Counted from the stretch's first letter, positions 39,053 to 54,300 are shown. The stretch is 64,000 bases of DNA from Phoronis australis (GCA_002633005.1 NMRA01000178.1:410062-474061); one strand, 5' to 3'. Numbers and translations are program-made. The notes: a model not told the origin generated them from the letters alone.

Positions 39053-41458
39053 GGAAAGTCTTACTTCACGGGCGACACCTAGTGGATTTTGAGTGCTTGA
39101 ACGTGCGTGTGTACATTACATAGATGCACATGAGTGCGAGCATAACAAATAAGCTCCTTTTAAGCTGTTTCCCTGTTGTTGAAATAACAGAATTTTCTAC
39201 CATACAGCTTCAGGATACGGAATGGCATCTCCTCTCCCTATAGTTCGTGTTAACAATGAAATTTACGACCTTCTTCAACTTGAATGATTCAACGCCGAGA
39301 AATGACCCTACAACGAATGGAAGGCAGAACGCACACAGGCTAGCGGTCAAAGTAAAAAAGAATGCAACTGTCTGACAATGAGCAGAACTTAACTAAAAAA
39401 GTTATGAAAGAATATCTGAGGATTCAAAGGAGGCGGGACATTGCGGAATCTACGAAAATAATTTGATGTTAAATCAGGTTGTCAATATTTACGTTACTGT
39501 TTCAAGTTTTCATTGAAGTTTTCCTTTACAACGTAACTTCCTACCTCCTTCGAGATTGGAACTACATGTACAACTAGGTCGCTAAACGTCGATTTTATGT
39601 GGTTTTAATATCAGGCATTAAATATGATTCTTCCATATACTATGGTAAAAAATAATCAAAATCTTTAATTGTAGCGAAATGCGACCGAAATCAGTCACGC
39701 AACCGATCTCGATGTAAGAGGCAGTAAGGTTGGAAACTCTTATAAGAACGAGTTATGTGAGAAACTATGAATAGTTCTTTAGGCATCGAGGTACTACAGA
39801 GACACAAGCATCTGAAAAACAGTTTCAAAACAACCATGACGTCAGAAGGTGTTATTTGAAAAAGTTCACCACTTTTATAAAACCAAGTCATGCAGACACA
39901 TTAATTTTGCTATTGCAACCGAAACGACATTCGTATACCAATATTCTCAAAATCGGTCACGTGGGCAGTTGCATGAAATGATCGAAAGAGTCAAAACATA
40001 AGTCGAACAAGTTCTTTTGTAACTTGGCACATTCATAAGTTGAATGTAATTTTGAATGACATACGTACAACATCGCACGACAAAGCACATGCTTATGTTC
40101 TGTGACCTTTTTCTTGAACTGTTTTGTCAAACAAAGTGTGTTGTTTGACTCAATACAGAGCGCTGAGAGCGCTGGTTCCTGTTCAAAACACTGGGAACAA
40201 CAAGTAGGCCTGTTGATAAGACACAGTAATGCAATGAAAATGATCTCATTTTAAACGAGGCCTCGTTTACGTCAGGTTTCGGCTTAGAATATTTGACTTG
40301 AACACCGGTTGTCTAGCGACAATTAAAACATGTTATCTTAAAAACATGTACACAAAACAGACTTGACTTCGTGCTAAAAACTTGCAAATTAGATTAAATA
40401 TTAAGTACAGGTTCTTTACATGCGTGTGTACTGATAACACGTCCAAGGTTGTTTAATGTGATGTTTATAAACTTTTCACAACCGTCAATGTTTTAAACAC
40501 ATAACGTATAATACCTTTTTAAAAAAGCCTTTAAACACCCAATCAAGGTCACCAGACACGTCTACCTGACTATGTTCATTTCACCTCTGCAAAAATGTAT
40601 AGCTTCCCTCCCCCTACCCTCAATCCACTGAAACGCGTAGGTACATGTAAAGGTAGGCGAGTAAATATTTGATTGTCTACTTTTCATCGCCGAGCCGAGC
40701 ACGCCTCTTATCTGAAAAACGATGTCGTTTTCACAACTGTAAACAACCTTTCGCAAACAGTCACGCACGTAATGCAGGGTTGGTCGCGCGAGGGGAAACG
40801 TGTACACATGTACTGAATTTTAAGGTACCCAAAATACGCTCAGTTGTATCACAAATAAAACTCTGTAGCTTAGTTCTGAACTAAGTCAACTGGCTTCGAG
40901 AAGTTATCGTGCATTCCACATTATACGGTTAATGGGAATTCCTGGGTCACAAACAAGTATCTCTGTCAATATTGTACTTAAATTTGTATTAAATGTACTT
41001 ACACATTTTCACACAGTTGAGCATAATACATTTATCAATAAATTATGGTAAATACAAACAGATTAACACCCGTACTCAGAACAAAAAAGTTGCATTGAAT
41101 CTTTTCCATAACTTTTACTATAATGATTCATAATGTTCATTGAAATTTGACGCCGTGAAGTCGTCTGTGTTATGAACACTGGGGGAATGGTTACACTTCT
41201 AATCTACCGCAGGATGCAGACAGAACGCAAACGCGAATTATGTCGCTCACATGCAACGCAGACAACTATAGTCAATGTGCACGTGTGGCACTCTCGTAAA
41301 CTCGAAAAAACAGACATGAAACCATATCCCCAACTTTATACGGTACACCTCAGGCATTTATGTAGACTTAAATTATCCCTCGGAGGGGTTTTATATCTTC
41401 TTCAATCACTACAGCGAATGGATTTGGTCAACAGACGTTTACCAACCATGACTACCAG

Positions 41459-41682
41459 GGCCCTGTTCCAAGAAACTGACCTTAGTTCATTTTTTACTTT
41501 ATGTCTTGAGATTTGTCTCAACTTCCAAACTTTGAAACTTCCACATCCGGTAAGTTAGTCAAAATTAAAGCAAAACGTAAGATCTGTTTCTTGAAACGGA
41601 CTTGAGATAGATTGATGTTTTATCTTAATTGACTGAAATTTAAGATTTGTATTAGCTAAGTCAGTTTTCTTGGAACGGGCCC
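41459..41682. mobile_element. PIF/Harbinger-like MITE
   Basis: cag|ggccctgttccaagaaactgac ... gtcagttttcttggaacgggccc|cag: GGGCC-type TIRs with a 3-bp CAG duplication. Confidence 0.75.
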
Positions 41683-42327
41683 CAGCTATCAAAAGACGTA
41701 CGCGGCTTCATTTTCAATCCTTGGCATGCTTTCAGATGCACATTCACTCACTTGACTTGATGTTATGACGTTACAAACGGAAACATGAACAGCATTAAGG
41801 CCGGGACAATTTGAGGCTACGAAAATACCCGAGGAGTTCCGAATGCTCCGAAAACATTGTATGGTAAAATCTCACCACTTTTGGACAAAAGTAAAAACGC
41901 CAAAATTAACTTTTGTCTTTTTTCAAAGTTTTCTAACAATTTCCCAAAACGTTGTCAAGCGGTAGTTATGGCATAACAAGTTAAAATGGTAAAGTATTTA
42001 TTTAATGAAAACAAGAAAACATTTCACTTGGCCGTCATACTGAATTCTAAAATGGCGAGATTTTATCGTAAATGTCTGGCTAACACGACTTTTGAATTGT
42101 GCGGCTTCTTTCAATACAAAAGGCAGCCGAACGTTTTTTTAAAAAACAAACATATCCCATACTCTGAAATATCCTTCGTGACGTCATGACATGCACAATT
42201 TCTGCAATCCTAATAAATATTTCTAATTCTAATACCTACTCGCAAAACACTCTGTAGAACTAAACTCTAACTCTAAGTTTAAAAGTATGTACAGTTTTCC
42301 TGAAGTATGAGTTACTATAATCTCAAA

Positions 42328-45300
42328 TTAAATGCTATCTAGTTTTGTACCATTAGTTGAACGTTCGATCTCCGCAACGGCACTTTCTTCTTCTATTGAA
42401 AAATCCGAATCAAGTGAACTGGACCGTGATCCTATGTTCGAGTGACCACCATTAGCTCCGATGTCCATTGCAGTGGAATGTTTAGTCTTCTCGTCATACA
42501 CGTAATGATACACACCGTGGTTATTTTTCGGCGATGTTGATAGAACGCTTGATGGCTCAGACATGTCTGGTGCTTTACAGCCACGAGCAAACTGAACATG
42601 GCCTACAGTTGCTCGCCTTCGAGAAATGGGAGAAAGCCTAGGGGAACCTTTGAGGATAGGTGGATGCAAAGTCGTAGATTGGTTGGCTTTATACATGGGG
42701 AAGTCGGACAAGTGAATATTTTTGGCTAAGTTGTTTGGTTCTGACACCAGATCGTTACACACGTCACAACCTTTATGGTGCTTACAGGCGTGACTGTTTA
42801 TCATTGGTAAATGATGGTTGTTGTCAACATGTTTACCGTCACCTCTTTTGGCTAACGGCGTGAGGTGGACGACATTCCTGGGGGATAATGGCAGATTGTC
42901 TACGCTGATTTTTCTCCGTGGACTGGACAGATTGTGATCATCATTTGTTTCTTGGCGACTCAATTTCTTTTTCAGCATGTGGGTAACGTCGCTAGACGAC
43001 CGTTCACGCATCTGCTCATCCTGTGCAAGATGTGACAGGCGCCTGTGAATGTAAGCATGAACTGTGCTGGGCGAGGCAGCCTCTCGCGAGTCATCGTGAG
43101 GTCTATGAAGTTTACGGTTCGGGTGCGTATAACTAGTGTTCCGCGGTGATGAGCTCAACACCACCGACTCCTGACTCCCTCGTGGAGACGCTAACTGACG
43201 GTCGGGCCGTTGCTTGGTTACCGATGCATTATGCAAGTGTAAGGTCTCGTTCGAACGATTTGATTCCTTCATTTTTCTGGATGACGATCCTTTCTTCTCC
43301 TTATTGATCTCAACCTTTCTTGCAGACAACGGCGAAGTTGGTGGGCTTGTTGAGGTTTTGGACGAGACAGGAGAAGAAGAGCGATTGGCCGACGAAGCAA
43401 TGCTTCCGTGTGCCTTTAAATCAGACGATTGTGCTTGTTTAGAGGAAGAAGACGTTTGCGACTGCTCTTCTGGTATCTGGTCACTTTCTGTAAGCACCTT
43501 GTGGTGGGGAAACTTAATCACGTCTATCGATCTCTTTCGACGCAACCTATGCAAAGCAAAGTGTGTGAGGGCACTAGCATCACTTCCTGAGCGCAGTCGA
43601 AACCGCCCACTACCAAGTCCCGTTGTTAATAAAGCACCAGAGGAAGATCGGCCACTGGTGTGCTCCTCGGATTCGTTGCTTACTTTGTCACATGAATCAT
43701 CCGACTTGGACAAGTTCTTGTAGAAGTCCCAAACCGAAATACCCTTTTCTTCCTGTAAAGTTTCACTGAGGGCCTGTCGGAATTCTTTCGTCAAAGAGTG
43801 TATACGCTCCTGAGGAGTGTGCTGTCCTGAAATTATAAGTGTTAAGAATTCAAAGACTCTTTTCTCAGTCAGTGTATAGATATGGTTACATACTGATGTA
43901 AATATTGACGCTTGCTTACCAAAGACATTAGTTCCTTTCTTATCTTTCACGATATACTGTTATGGGCACCTTATCAAGACGACAACTCAAACTCGAAGAG
44001 TGAAACTAACATGCAAGACGTCATTACCTGGCTTGCGTTCTTCAAATCTGGACGAACTCCCTTGAAATATTTTAGAGTTAAACATTGCCTTTACCAGTCA
44101 TTGAACTAACTATTAGAGCATTCGTGCAACTAAAAATGTTGGATAGTTTCCAATTGCATCATTAAAGTACACCAGATTAAGTTTCAGGTCAATAAGATGT
44201 GTTAATACAATTTGAATCTCTTACAAGTACAAGCCCTTACCAAAATCGTGCCTAGCCTTAGCAGACGAATGTAGGTCTAAAGATGCAGCCGTGTGTTCAA
44301 CTGTTCTCCTTGTATCTTCGTCTGCCGGTATGTCTGAAAGAGCCAAATGTTTAAAGCCAGGATAAAATGTGCCATGTAATTAATTTAGCGTACGTTGCAA
44401 ACATATCCAAATAAGTGACAAAAAGTTAGCTGGACACCCTCCCCGGCCCTTTTCACGAAGAAAGTAATTTTCACTGGTGCTTTGACGTAATTTGGACAGC
44501 ATTCTAAACTTTCATTATCCAGTATACCCTATGGTAGCCACAGGAAAAGATTAGACAATCAAAATGGCTGCAAAAAGGTGACGCGTTGCTCATGACCAGT
44601 GGCAGAAAGTGAAACACAAGTGGGTCTTACCTACTGCGGACACAGTGATTGCTGATAAATGTATGACCATATCAACTGGTGGACGCAAGATTTTATCGCC
44701 TTTAAATGACACTCGTAACGTGTTCACTAAACGGAGTTATGTCAACAACACAGAGAAAGAGTAGATTCTTAAAAACGACTTCATCCTGTACCGCCTCTCT
44801 ATATATCTATGCCTAGTCAGTTTATCGTGTCAGCTATGTAAACTGCGAGGTCTTAATTAAAGTAATTTTAATCAGTAGTTATCGGTCAAATGTCAACAGA
44901 GTCGACAGTTTTATCGCATTAGTTTCGGATTCATAATAGTAGTATAGTAAGAGGTTTAGGACGCCTGTTTTGAGGGTCTCGGTCAAAGGTCATCTATGTG
45001 AAAGGAGGTCACGTGGTATAACTGCGATCGGGACACCTACCGGACAGATGTGTCAATGACGTCATAGGTTTAATTAGAGAAGCAACTCGTTTTACGGCTC
45101 CTAGCAACGGATTGAAACAAAAGATGATAAGAACAAAACGTGGATTACCTTAGTTCGTGNCGGGTGTTGCCATCGGTCAATCCACTTCACCTGACCATAC
45201 AAGTCAGATGACAAGGTAACGCCAGGATAGCAGAACACACGGCCTCAACAAAACAAACACAAACACAAACAAGATTTTTCGGAAACGTCAACGGGGCATA

Positions 45301-48300
45301 ACCTCAAGAGAACTAGAGACGGACAGCTACATGTGACGTCGATATAAATGGTTCAGGTGATTACGCAATGAAAGACTGCCTGAAATTAATAAACACGAAA
45401 GGAGGCAAAATCAGTAAACCTAAGATTTCCTATCAAACTTTTGCTCGTCTAGGCCTTACTGACCAGAACAAAGGCCAACTTTGTCAAAAATAACCGTGAC
45501 AATGTCGGGATTTAATATTCATCTAAATTATGCGTTAACAATTAAAATTAGAGTTATGAACGTGCTGACTGCGCCGGCCGCGCACCAAAGCGTTTGTTTA
45601 AATAACATACCTGTTCTAATTATGGGTGGCAATCTTCTGTGTGAATACATGTACGTCCACTTACAACGCCAACTTCAATTCTACTGCTTAACCAGTCAAA
45701 GCAGATTTCGTCATGTAAACATAACTTAGGCGCACACCACTAGCCGAATAAAAGCTATAAAACCACTATAGATTCTTTAAGCTCACAACGGTAGAAAATC
45801 AACAAAGTGGCAGTATAATTCAACAAGATAGAATAGGCGTCATTGTTGGTGTTTTGTTAGGACTAACGGGATAGCGATGCCCTACTACCGTTCTCACCAG
45901 AGTATTTAATGCGCGGGCTTACAACTTGGCTATTGAATTGTAAAACTGCCTAACCAGTTGGCTCTCTACCAAAAAATCACATACCTTGTCTTGCGTTGCA
46001 CTTTAAAGAAGTTTAACAACAAGAAACCGTTATACAGTTATAAACACAGCGAGTTTCTATGTGTCGTGATTAACTTAATCGAAGCTGCTTTGTTTGCTCT
46101 GGTCGACAAATAATTACACAACGATCTGGCACGAATCCAATATTCCTGTCGTAAACAACTCGCTTGAACCTCGCGCAGACAACAAAACAGTTGATGTTTT
46201 CGAAGATTCAATTCGTCTTACCAAGGTTGTTATTTCATCAAATTTAGGGTTGTTGCATAATGGTCTGTTATATAATATTGTTTTATTACACAACAAACTA
46301 TTTTTACATACCCTGTGTTATTAATCGGACCTATTTTTGTAATCTGCTATTCTGCAAGTGGTATCCTGATGATAACATTCAACTATAAACATATTGAAAG
46401 AAGCAACAAAAGCATACCCTTCAGTTATCCACACACCTAATAACACACTGTAAACACTTGTACTGTAGTAGCTAGGGACCTTGATGTAAGAGGGCGGAGA
46501 TAATAGCCACGGGTTCGTTGTCCAAGCATATCTGGCAGGCCTATGGGGAAGTTGGTGAACTACACAGGTGACGCAACAATCGTCTCGAGTAGGAAACTTT
46601 ACGTCACGTCTGACGCAAAACATGGGCGTTATTTCAAAAAACGAAACATGAGTGATGCAATCGGTATATACCGGAGTTCAACATTTCTATGAGTTTGAGA
46701 TTTTGCGACATGCCTAGCTGAAGAATGTAACATTATTTGCTGTTGTTTTGTAACTTAATAGTTGTCAACTCGTTGTTAATAGACAAATAATGATTCACGG
46801 GAACTATCGGTGTTTTAGCAGAGTAGGTTTTAACAGAAAACATCACCGCCCGAAACTTTGCTAATCACCTCGGTGTACGCGATCCATAAAGTTACTGCTA
46901 AAAAGACTTGCCCTCGCTATTTTCCCTCAAAATATGACAATTTAATAGCCAATAGTAATGAATTTGCGGGATATTCGAAAATCGCTTTGCATGGGATTCA
47001 AACCAGGCCGTAAAATTTGCAAGCCCGCGCGTTACACCTAAGTCACAGCACGCGCATTACAGGTGATGCTAAAAAAGTAGCATACTCGGTATCTGGGACG
47101 TATCATCTGAGTGTAAAAAGGGAACTAACCATTTATTCACCAGGCTCATGCTCGCTGCCGTCTTTTTCGTATATCAAGAAAACATGCTAAGAAAGACGCC
47201 CACTTTCTTCGTACAATGGTTTCATGGGACCGAGCATTTTTTTCAACAACTACGCTACGTCCTCAAGACAGCGACAGTAATGGATTCCACTGCTTCCGTC
47301 AGTTTCTGAATGACATTAACGAATACGTGAAAAGTTCAAGTTGCCGTATTTTAAAAGGATACTAAACCCTGTTTTGACGATTTCAGCCAATCCTCGTTCT
47401 GTCACCTGCTAATACCGGTACATCATTTACGTCAATCGTCCAACGTAGGAATCAAGTAAAAACTCATACTCCATCTCCCTGATTGGACATTATGGTGTTT
47501 GGTGGCCTGTTCCTACAGTTGCCGTGTATTCGCTAAAAGCGTATGTCACGCTTGCCCGTTAATCAGACTTTGAAAGGAGTCCTCCAAACTTTGAAAGTTC
47601 TCGAAGGTTACAGAGCATTATTTTGTTTCAGGGAACTGAGTGGGTAGTAGTTTTTAGTATCTGTTAATAGACCAAAAATGGGTTTGGAAAAGGTGTAGAA
47701 GTCTAAATAACCATCCCGTTCTTGAATTCCATGACCTACCAGCTTCGGGCGCTTTGCGTTGTGACACGAACATTCATCTTTGCTATAAAGTGCAAAAGGG
47801 TTGTTAAATGAGTAACTTTCTGCGCGTAGAAATGTGCTTAATCTTCTCGTATTTTTGCTTAATCTACGCGTACTTTTAACCAGTTCATAGTCCAATCACG
47901 CGCGTGCTCTCAGATGAATTGATTAAGTTGATTAAAAGGCAGAACAGTGATAATTTAAGAACTATAGGTACGCGTAAATTTAGCAAAAGTACGTGAAGAC
48001 TATGCACATTTCAACCCGTAGAAATGTACTCGTTTAAGAGCCCTTTGGCGTTTCCTACATTACTCTATTACGAAATAGATTAGCCTGCACGCGTTAACGT
48101 GTAAAATCCATACGCGTTAACAACTGACAGGTTTGGAATTCCACAGACGTAGACATCTGATGATCCACGGTATGATAACACGTTCTGGTGAACAAACTAT
48201 TAGTTGTGGAGGGGGCTTAATTATTTTGATGCCGACCATGATTCCGAGAACACCGAAGATGGATGCGTTGTTTCCTGACATCGCCCAACGCTCAGATAGC

Positions 48301-51300
48301 GCAGTCTTATCAATCGTTGTGGCTACGCCCAGCAGCTAATCAGTCGAGTGTTTAGCCAGTAAATTCAGAAATGATCCTCACGGACATTCTCGCGTGGATC
48401 CTATACATCTGCGTATTGACATCGTTTCTCATGTTTATCTCTCGTGGCCGTACGTTGACAATGCGGAATTTATCATATCTCCGTCAGAAATGGCACATCG
48501 TGTTCAAGTGAAACTTTTCAGTGCTTTGGTATATACACTGTTCTCTATGTATTTGAACTGTTCCATATATATTGTAATAATTTGGGACTATTTTATAAAA
48601 ATCTCAAAAGTTACACAAACCAATCACGAAAAGAGAATTTAAACATGGCAGTGTTGTTGACATCATTATTCAACTTGTAAACACATTGAGTGACCGATGA
48701 AATGTTTCGCGCATTCACATGCAGTCCCTTTGATATTGAAACATAAAAAGTTGAACATTTTTCAAGATGTGTTGCGTATAACCTTTTACGTTCGAATGTA
48801 AGTAATAAAGGCATGCTATCAGGCAGTGTGCTGTGTGGGATAAGTTCAGATAACGAGACTTTATTCCGTCTATTCGAAGGCAACGAACTCCACGTCGCAC
48901 ACAACTCAAATCTAGGACTAGCTGTCTAATCTTTTACTCGAAATTGAACTCAAAAGTTATTTTTGGCATGTGCGAACTCATTATNNNNNNNNNNNNNNNN
49001 NNNNNNNNNNNNNNNNNNNNNNNNNNNNNNNNNNNNNNNNNNNNNNNNNNNNNNNNNNNNNNNNNNNNNNNNNNNNNNNNNNNNNNNNNNNNNNNNNNNN
49101 NNNNNNNNNNNNNNNNNNNNNNNNNNNNNNNNNNNNNNNNNNNNNNNNNNNNNNNNNNNNNNNNNNNNNNNNNNNNNNNNNNNNNNNNNNNNNNNNNNNN
49201 NNNNNNNNNNNNNNNNNNNNNNNNNNNNNNNNNNNNNNNNNNNNNNNNNNNNNNNNNNNNNNNNNNNNNNNNNNNNNNNNNNNNNNNNNNNNNNNNNNNN
49301 NNNNNNNNNNNNNNNNNNNNNNNNNNNNNNNNNNNNNNNNNNNNNNNNNNNNNNNNNNNNNNNNNNNNNNNNNNNNNNNNNNNNNNNNNNNNNNNNNNNN
49401 NNNNNNNNNNNNNNNNNNNNNNNNNNNNNNNNNNNNNNNNNNNNNNNNNNNNNNNNNNNNNNNNNNNNNNNNNNNNNNNNNNNNNNNNNNNNNNNNNNNN
49501 NNNNNNNNNNNNNNNNNNNNNNNNNNNNNNNNNNNNNNNNNNNNNNNNNNNNNNNNNNNNNNNNNNNNNNNNNNNNNNNNNNNNNNNNNNNNNNNNNNNN
49601 NNNNNNNNNNNNNNNNNNNNNNNNNNNNNNNNNNNNNNNNNNNNNNNNNNNNNNNNNNNNNNNNNNNNNNNNNNNNNNNNNNNNNNNNNNNNNNNNNNNN
49701 NNNNNNNNNNNNNNNNNNNNNNNNNNNNNNNNNNNNNNNNNNNNNNNNNNNNNNNNNNNNNNNNNNNNNNNNNNNNNNNNNNNNNNNNNNNNNNNNNNNN
49801 NNNNNNNNNNCTTTGTTTTGGTTATGCCTAGTTGACCCAGACTGACCCAGCCAGCAGTGTCCTACTGTGGCATAGCTCTCTGTAGACTGTACAATTCCAG
49901 GGCAAATACTTATTGTAAACATAACTTTGCTTTGCAGACTGTCACATAGCGCCACCTATTTTAGAATGTGGGAACAGACATGACTCGTCCGTCATGCTGG
50001 GCCATCTATTGTTCTTTATTGTAGTTGATTGTCTGCTCTCTATTTGATTTCTTCGCTAGTCACATGAATGTTATCGTGTTATCGTCTTATTCATAATTGC
50101 CGCCGTGATCGTCTTGATTGTTGTCGTCTCCCTCATCGTCGTCTTTTCGATTAGTTCCGCCAAGTGTCGCTCCTCCGAGCGCTCTCGTATTATTAAGTGC
50201 TCGAGTACATTGTGGTTTATGCCTACGAGTTTCTAGTTCAAGTTCGCACTTGTTGTTTCCTAGATTTAAGCAACAAACTTGAGTAAAACCTACTCGAGAG
50301 AGTAAAAACACGAAAACAGTTCGAGTTCAGACTCGGGATTTTAGCCATAAGCGAAATGGTATTAGTCTATTATTCACGCTAGTCAGTGTGTACTCGTGCA
50401 CAGAATAATAGACACAATAGTAGAACAAAAAATGCCAAGATAATTTCCCCGGGCCCTAGTCAAGTTTGCAACGCCACCTATCAAATCACAATACCTGACA
50501 CTACAGCAAGGTTCAAATCACAATAGGGCGTCGGTGTCGTGAACGGAATTCAGCGTGCCTGCAAAAGCACTCTGTCAAAAATCATGTTTCTTAGATATAT
50601 TTTTTTAACATTTCACGGTTGCCTTGGTGAAGTCTGACGATAACCATTTTAAATGTTGAAACACATGTATGCCTGCCGTAGCTAAATTAACACTTTAATT
50701 GGAAGTCGCCGCGGATGAAATGGAAAATTTGCCTTACCTGAAGTCATGGGATAGAGCACAGAGGTCCATTTTTAACTTAAAAATTTGTTTCAACTTCCAA
50801 ACTTTGAAACTTCCACGACCGGTAAGTCTGTCAAAATTAAGACAAAACTTAATACAAAAACTTAAGTCTAACTTAAAACCTCTTCATTGAAACGGACTTG
50901 AGACAAATTTTAGTGTTATCGTTAAATTGGCTGTAAAGTTTATAAATCGTCATAGCTAAGCCCGTTTCCGGGGAACGGCCCCCAGAACTCTAGTTTTGTT
51001 TCGAAATTCAGAAACTTTACTTACATTGTTTTCTATTCATCTTGCAGGGAACAAAAATCTTGGTTGAAATTATAGGATTTCTAGAATGCAATATATTCTA
51101 ATCATGAAGAAATTTAGATTTCGTAATTTTCTATCGGGGACAAGTTGCTATTCTTTTTTATTTCTAGAATGTTTCTGAATTCAATACTTCCTTTCAAAAA
51201 TGTTAAACAGGAAAACGACTATGTGGTGTTGCTATTTGTAACAAAAGTATTTCATGCACCGTCATGTGGTGAACAGAAAAAATGCCATCAGATAACCTTG

Positions 51301-54300
51301 TTTGAATCTTAATGCAAATCATTCTCATTTATGACGCATAGTTTGTAAACAGATCCCAACGCCATTTTTCATTGAAACTTCGGGAATGTCATTCACTGCA
51401 CATATTAGAACAAAATTCGACGAAAAGACGTGAGAAATGACCTGCAAGGTTGAACAATATGCTGCATACTGCAATGAATTCTGGCATTTGGCTAACCACA
51501 CATCAAATTTCAGTATCATTTATCAGCATTTATCATGTCAATTGAAAAAAAAAAACATTTTAACCAAATGTGAGGGACAAACACTGTGATTTGGCCCGCG
51601 ATATTGCTAACATCCAGAGCGCTGTGGAATGAGGCATGGATTATAGATAGCATCTGAGGAACTAAGTCGATTGATTTTCAAAGAGATGACAAACAGATCG
51701 ATAAGTGACCTGGCAAACTACTGGCGGTCAACATATTTTGTCCTTAAACAATAAGGCTCGAAACAAACAACTGAACATGACTACCGTAGATTAGAAGGCC
51801 ACTTATGTGAAGACTATCTACAAACATCCATTCAGTGGCGCTGGTAAACGCAGCTGCTTGTTATTGAGAGCTAGTTGGCTGTGGATGAATAGAATCGGAG
51901 AACAAACTATCAGCATCAGTGAATAACCCGATAAGGACGCTACCCGGCCAAGTATAGAATATGACGTAATAGGTAAACAGGTTTATACTATATGTCGGGT
52001 TTTAGAACGGTCAACGTGAGGTTAGCATCACAATATGGTTTCCTTACTCAAGTTATCGCAAAGCAGTTCCACGCTTTCCGCAGTGGTCCGAAATTAATTC
52101 ACAGATTCGTGTAAACCAATAAAAAATACAAATCTCAAAATGGCAAAAAGGAAGAAATCAAATCAATTACGCGAAAAAGCCAGCAAACATGGGAGAGGTG
52201 AGATGTAATTCATTTAAACTTTGGGAAAGTTCGCGCGCGTGCACGTACTTCTATATATATCTAATGACCAAGTCCACTGTCGCGCGGTTCCAAACTAAGT
52301 ATAATTTCGAATTTATATCACATTTCAGGCGAATATCTCTGTCAGGAGAAAAAAAATGGGCACCAAATCTAAAATATGGTGATGAGCACCAACGTGCACA
52401 AATATGCTGCCATAAATAATGGTTTTAGATACGATGTGATTCAAGTATCTATCGCCTTCAAACTGGCAACTGTTACAGGCCGTGTCGCATCATGGCTGGT
52501 ATCCGAGCTGTCTCTGATATAGCCCTCAAAGACATCATAACTTCATTAGACATACAGTTGTATTTGCAATAGTAACTCCGAGAAAATTTCCAATTTTGGC
52601 CAACTTCAGAACATCACACCTCACAAACAGTTGATCGGATTCACATGAAACCTTCAGATGCTAACTATGATTTGTACACTGGGCTCCAAAATGCTTTTTG
52701 GTTTTGTTTTTGAATTTTTCCTCTTTTACATGAGAAGCTATCAAAACATAGAGCTTAAAAAAGTGACATGAAACGAAAACAAAATGATAATTTAGAAAGC
52801 TGTAACAGTGAGATTTTATCTGGAACATTTATATCATACGAAATTTAATCATTTTATTCATCCTGTTGGTTTGCTATGAGTGAACCTTTCTTTTTGGTAA
52901 CTTATCCTAAAAAAGCACGTGAACTTATTCGTGGAAGATTGTTATGAAGTCGGAAATCAAATTCTGTGGAGTTTCTACTTTCAGAAAATTAAAACTTGTG
53001 CACAGTTGAATTCCACTGTTTTCCAAATGCTTCGCTAAATGCACGGGCTTGAAGGTACTACATGACTTCAATGGCCACCATTGCGTACAAATAAGTTCCG
53101 TTCCCTGGGAACAGATTGCTATCTGATTTGGCCATCCGAAGCTTGATCAACGTAGCTGTATGTGATGTGCAATGGCCTATGCACCAAAAAGTTGTAAAAG
53201 TAATACAGCAACACGTGCTTCTTTATAATTTTCTTTATAAAGTGGCGTGTCCATTAAAATAATGAAGTCGGTCACTAGTCGGATGCTTTCCGGAATCACA
53301 TCAGTGGCTACTTCAGTTACTGAATGGTGTGAGCGAAGATTTTAGCTTCAAAAAGTTTTACTAAGTCCCTGGCTCCAAGATATTACCTTACGCTGATTTG
53401 GCTTTTAGAGACTGAAGATATGTACATGACGCCAGTAGGAAACAGCTGCAAGTAAACGGATGTACGACATTACCATAAATTTAAGATTTTAAGTGAAATA
53501 CACCAAAGCCGCATGTACCTTTCATGGTTTCAGTTGATCTCAACGTCGTGACTGACTTCCTTGTTGATACCTGGAACTGTGTATATGACGCGCAACTTGC
53601 TAAATGCACCTTAGCTAACCAACTGCCCTCTTTCTACTCAACACAACCGTGTTCTCCCCAGTATAATTGCTCGGGTCAATATATTGGTAACGGTAAACGA
53701 CCAGTACAATACCCTTTATACAAGCCGCGGGCAAATAGTGCAGATTAGAAAGTGCGTGCCTGTGTTTGTAAAACATTTATTTGAACACTATATCTGACAA
53801 GCAATGCATTAGAGGGCACATCACTGATTTCGCCCCTCTAAGGCCAAGAGAAAAAATATGATTAGAAGATAAAGATAACGCCATTACTATGCGCCCGAAC
53901 CGCGTGTCAGTTAGTAAATTGCTTGTCAAAAATATGTGCAGTTGTGATAATAATATTGTCAAAACTTATAGCAGTACAATATGTATGGTTTTGACTTTAG
54001 GAATCAAAATTATGCTGTTTTGTAGTTTAATCGTCAACTTATACCCTGTCTTTACATCATCAAATCAGCAAGATAGATTAAATAATTGAACAAAAACGGC
54101 TATTTATTTATCGTTGTGATGCTTCTAAACGGTGATTTGCGTCATTTCTGTTCCTTTGCGGATGATCGACAAATTCGTGACGAATTTGAGTGAGTGTGCT
54201 ATAGACAAACCCAAGAGCACAGTCATAGTGTTTTTTTGCAAAAACTGGTGTGGCTGAAATTCACACCTCTTGTTGAGATAGTGAGATCTGAACAATGTAA

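Noticed and set aside
43214-43723. 169-aa + strand ORF (likewise 63489-63812 + and 25460-25849 -)
   Set aside because: Antisense shadows of the real coding exons.
43827-43950. N-terminus of the 540-aa ORF (MKDKKGTNV...)
   Set aside because: It starts at a non-ATG codon and lies upstream of a good acceptor at 43827; probably intron.
48944-49955. Four ~290-320 aa ORFs in the track
   Set aside because: They consist of X residues spanning the N gap.
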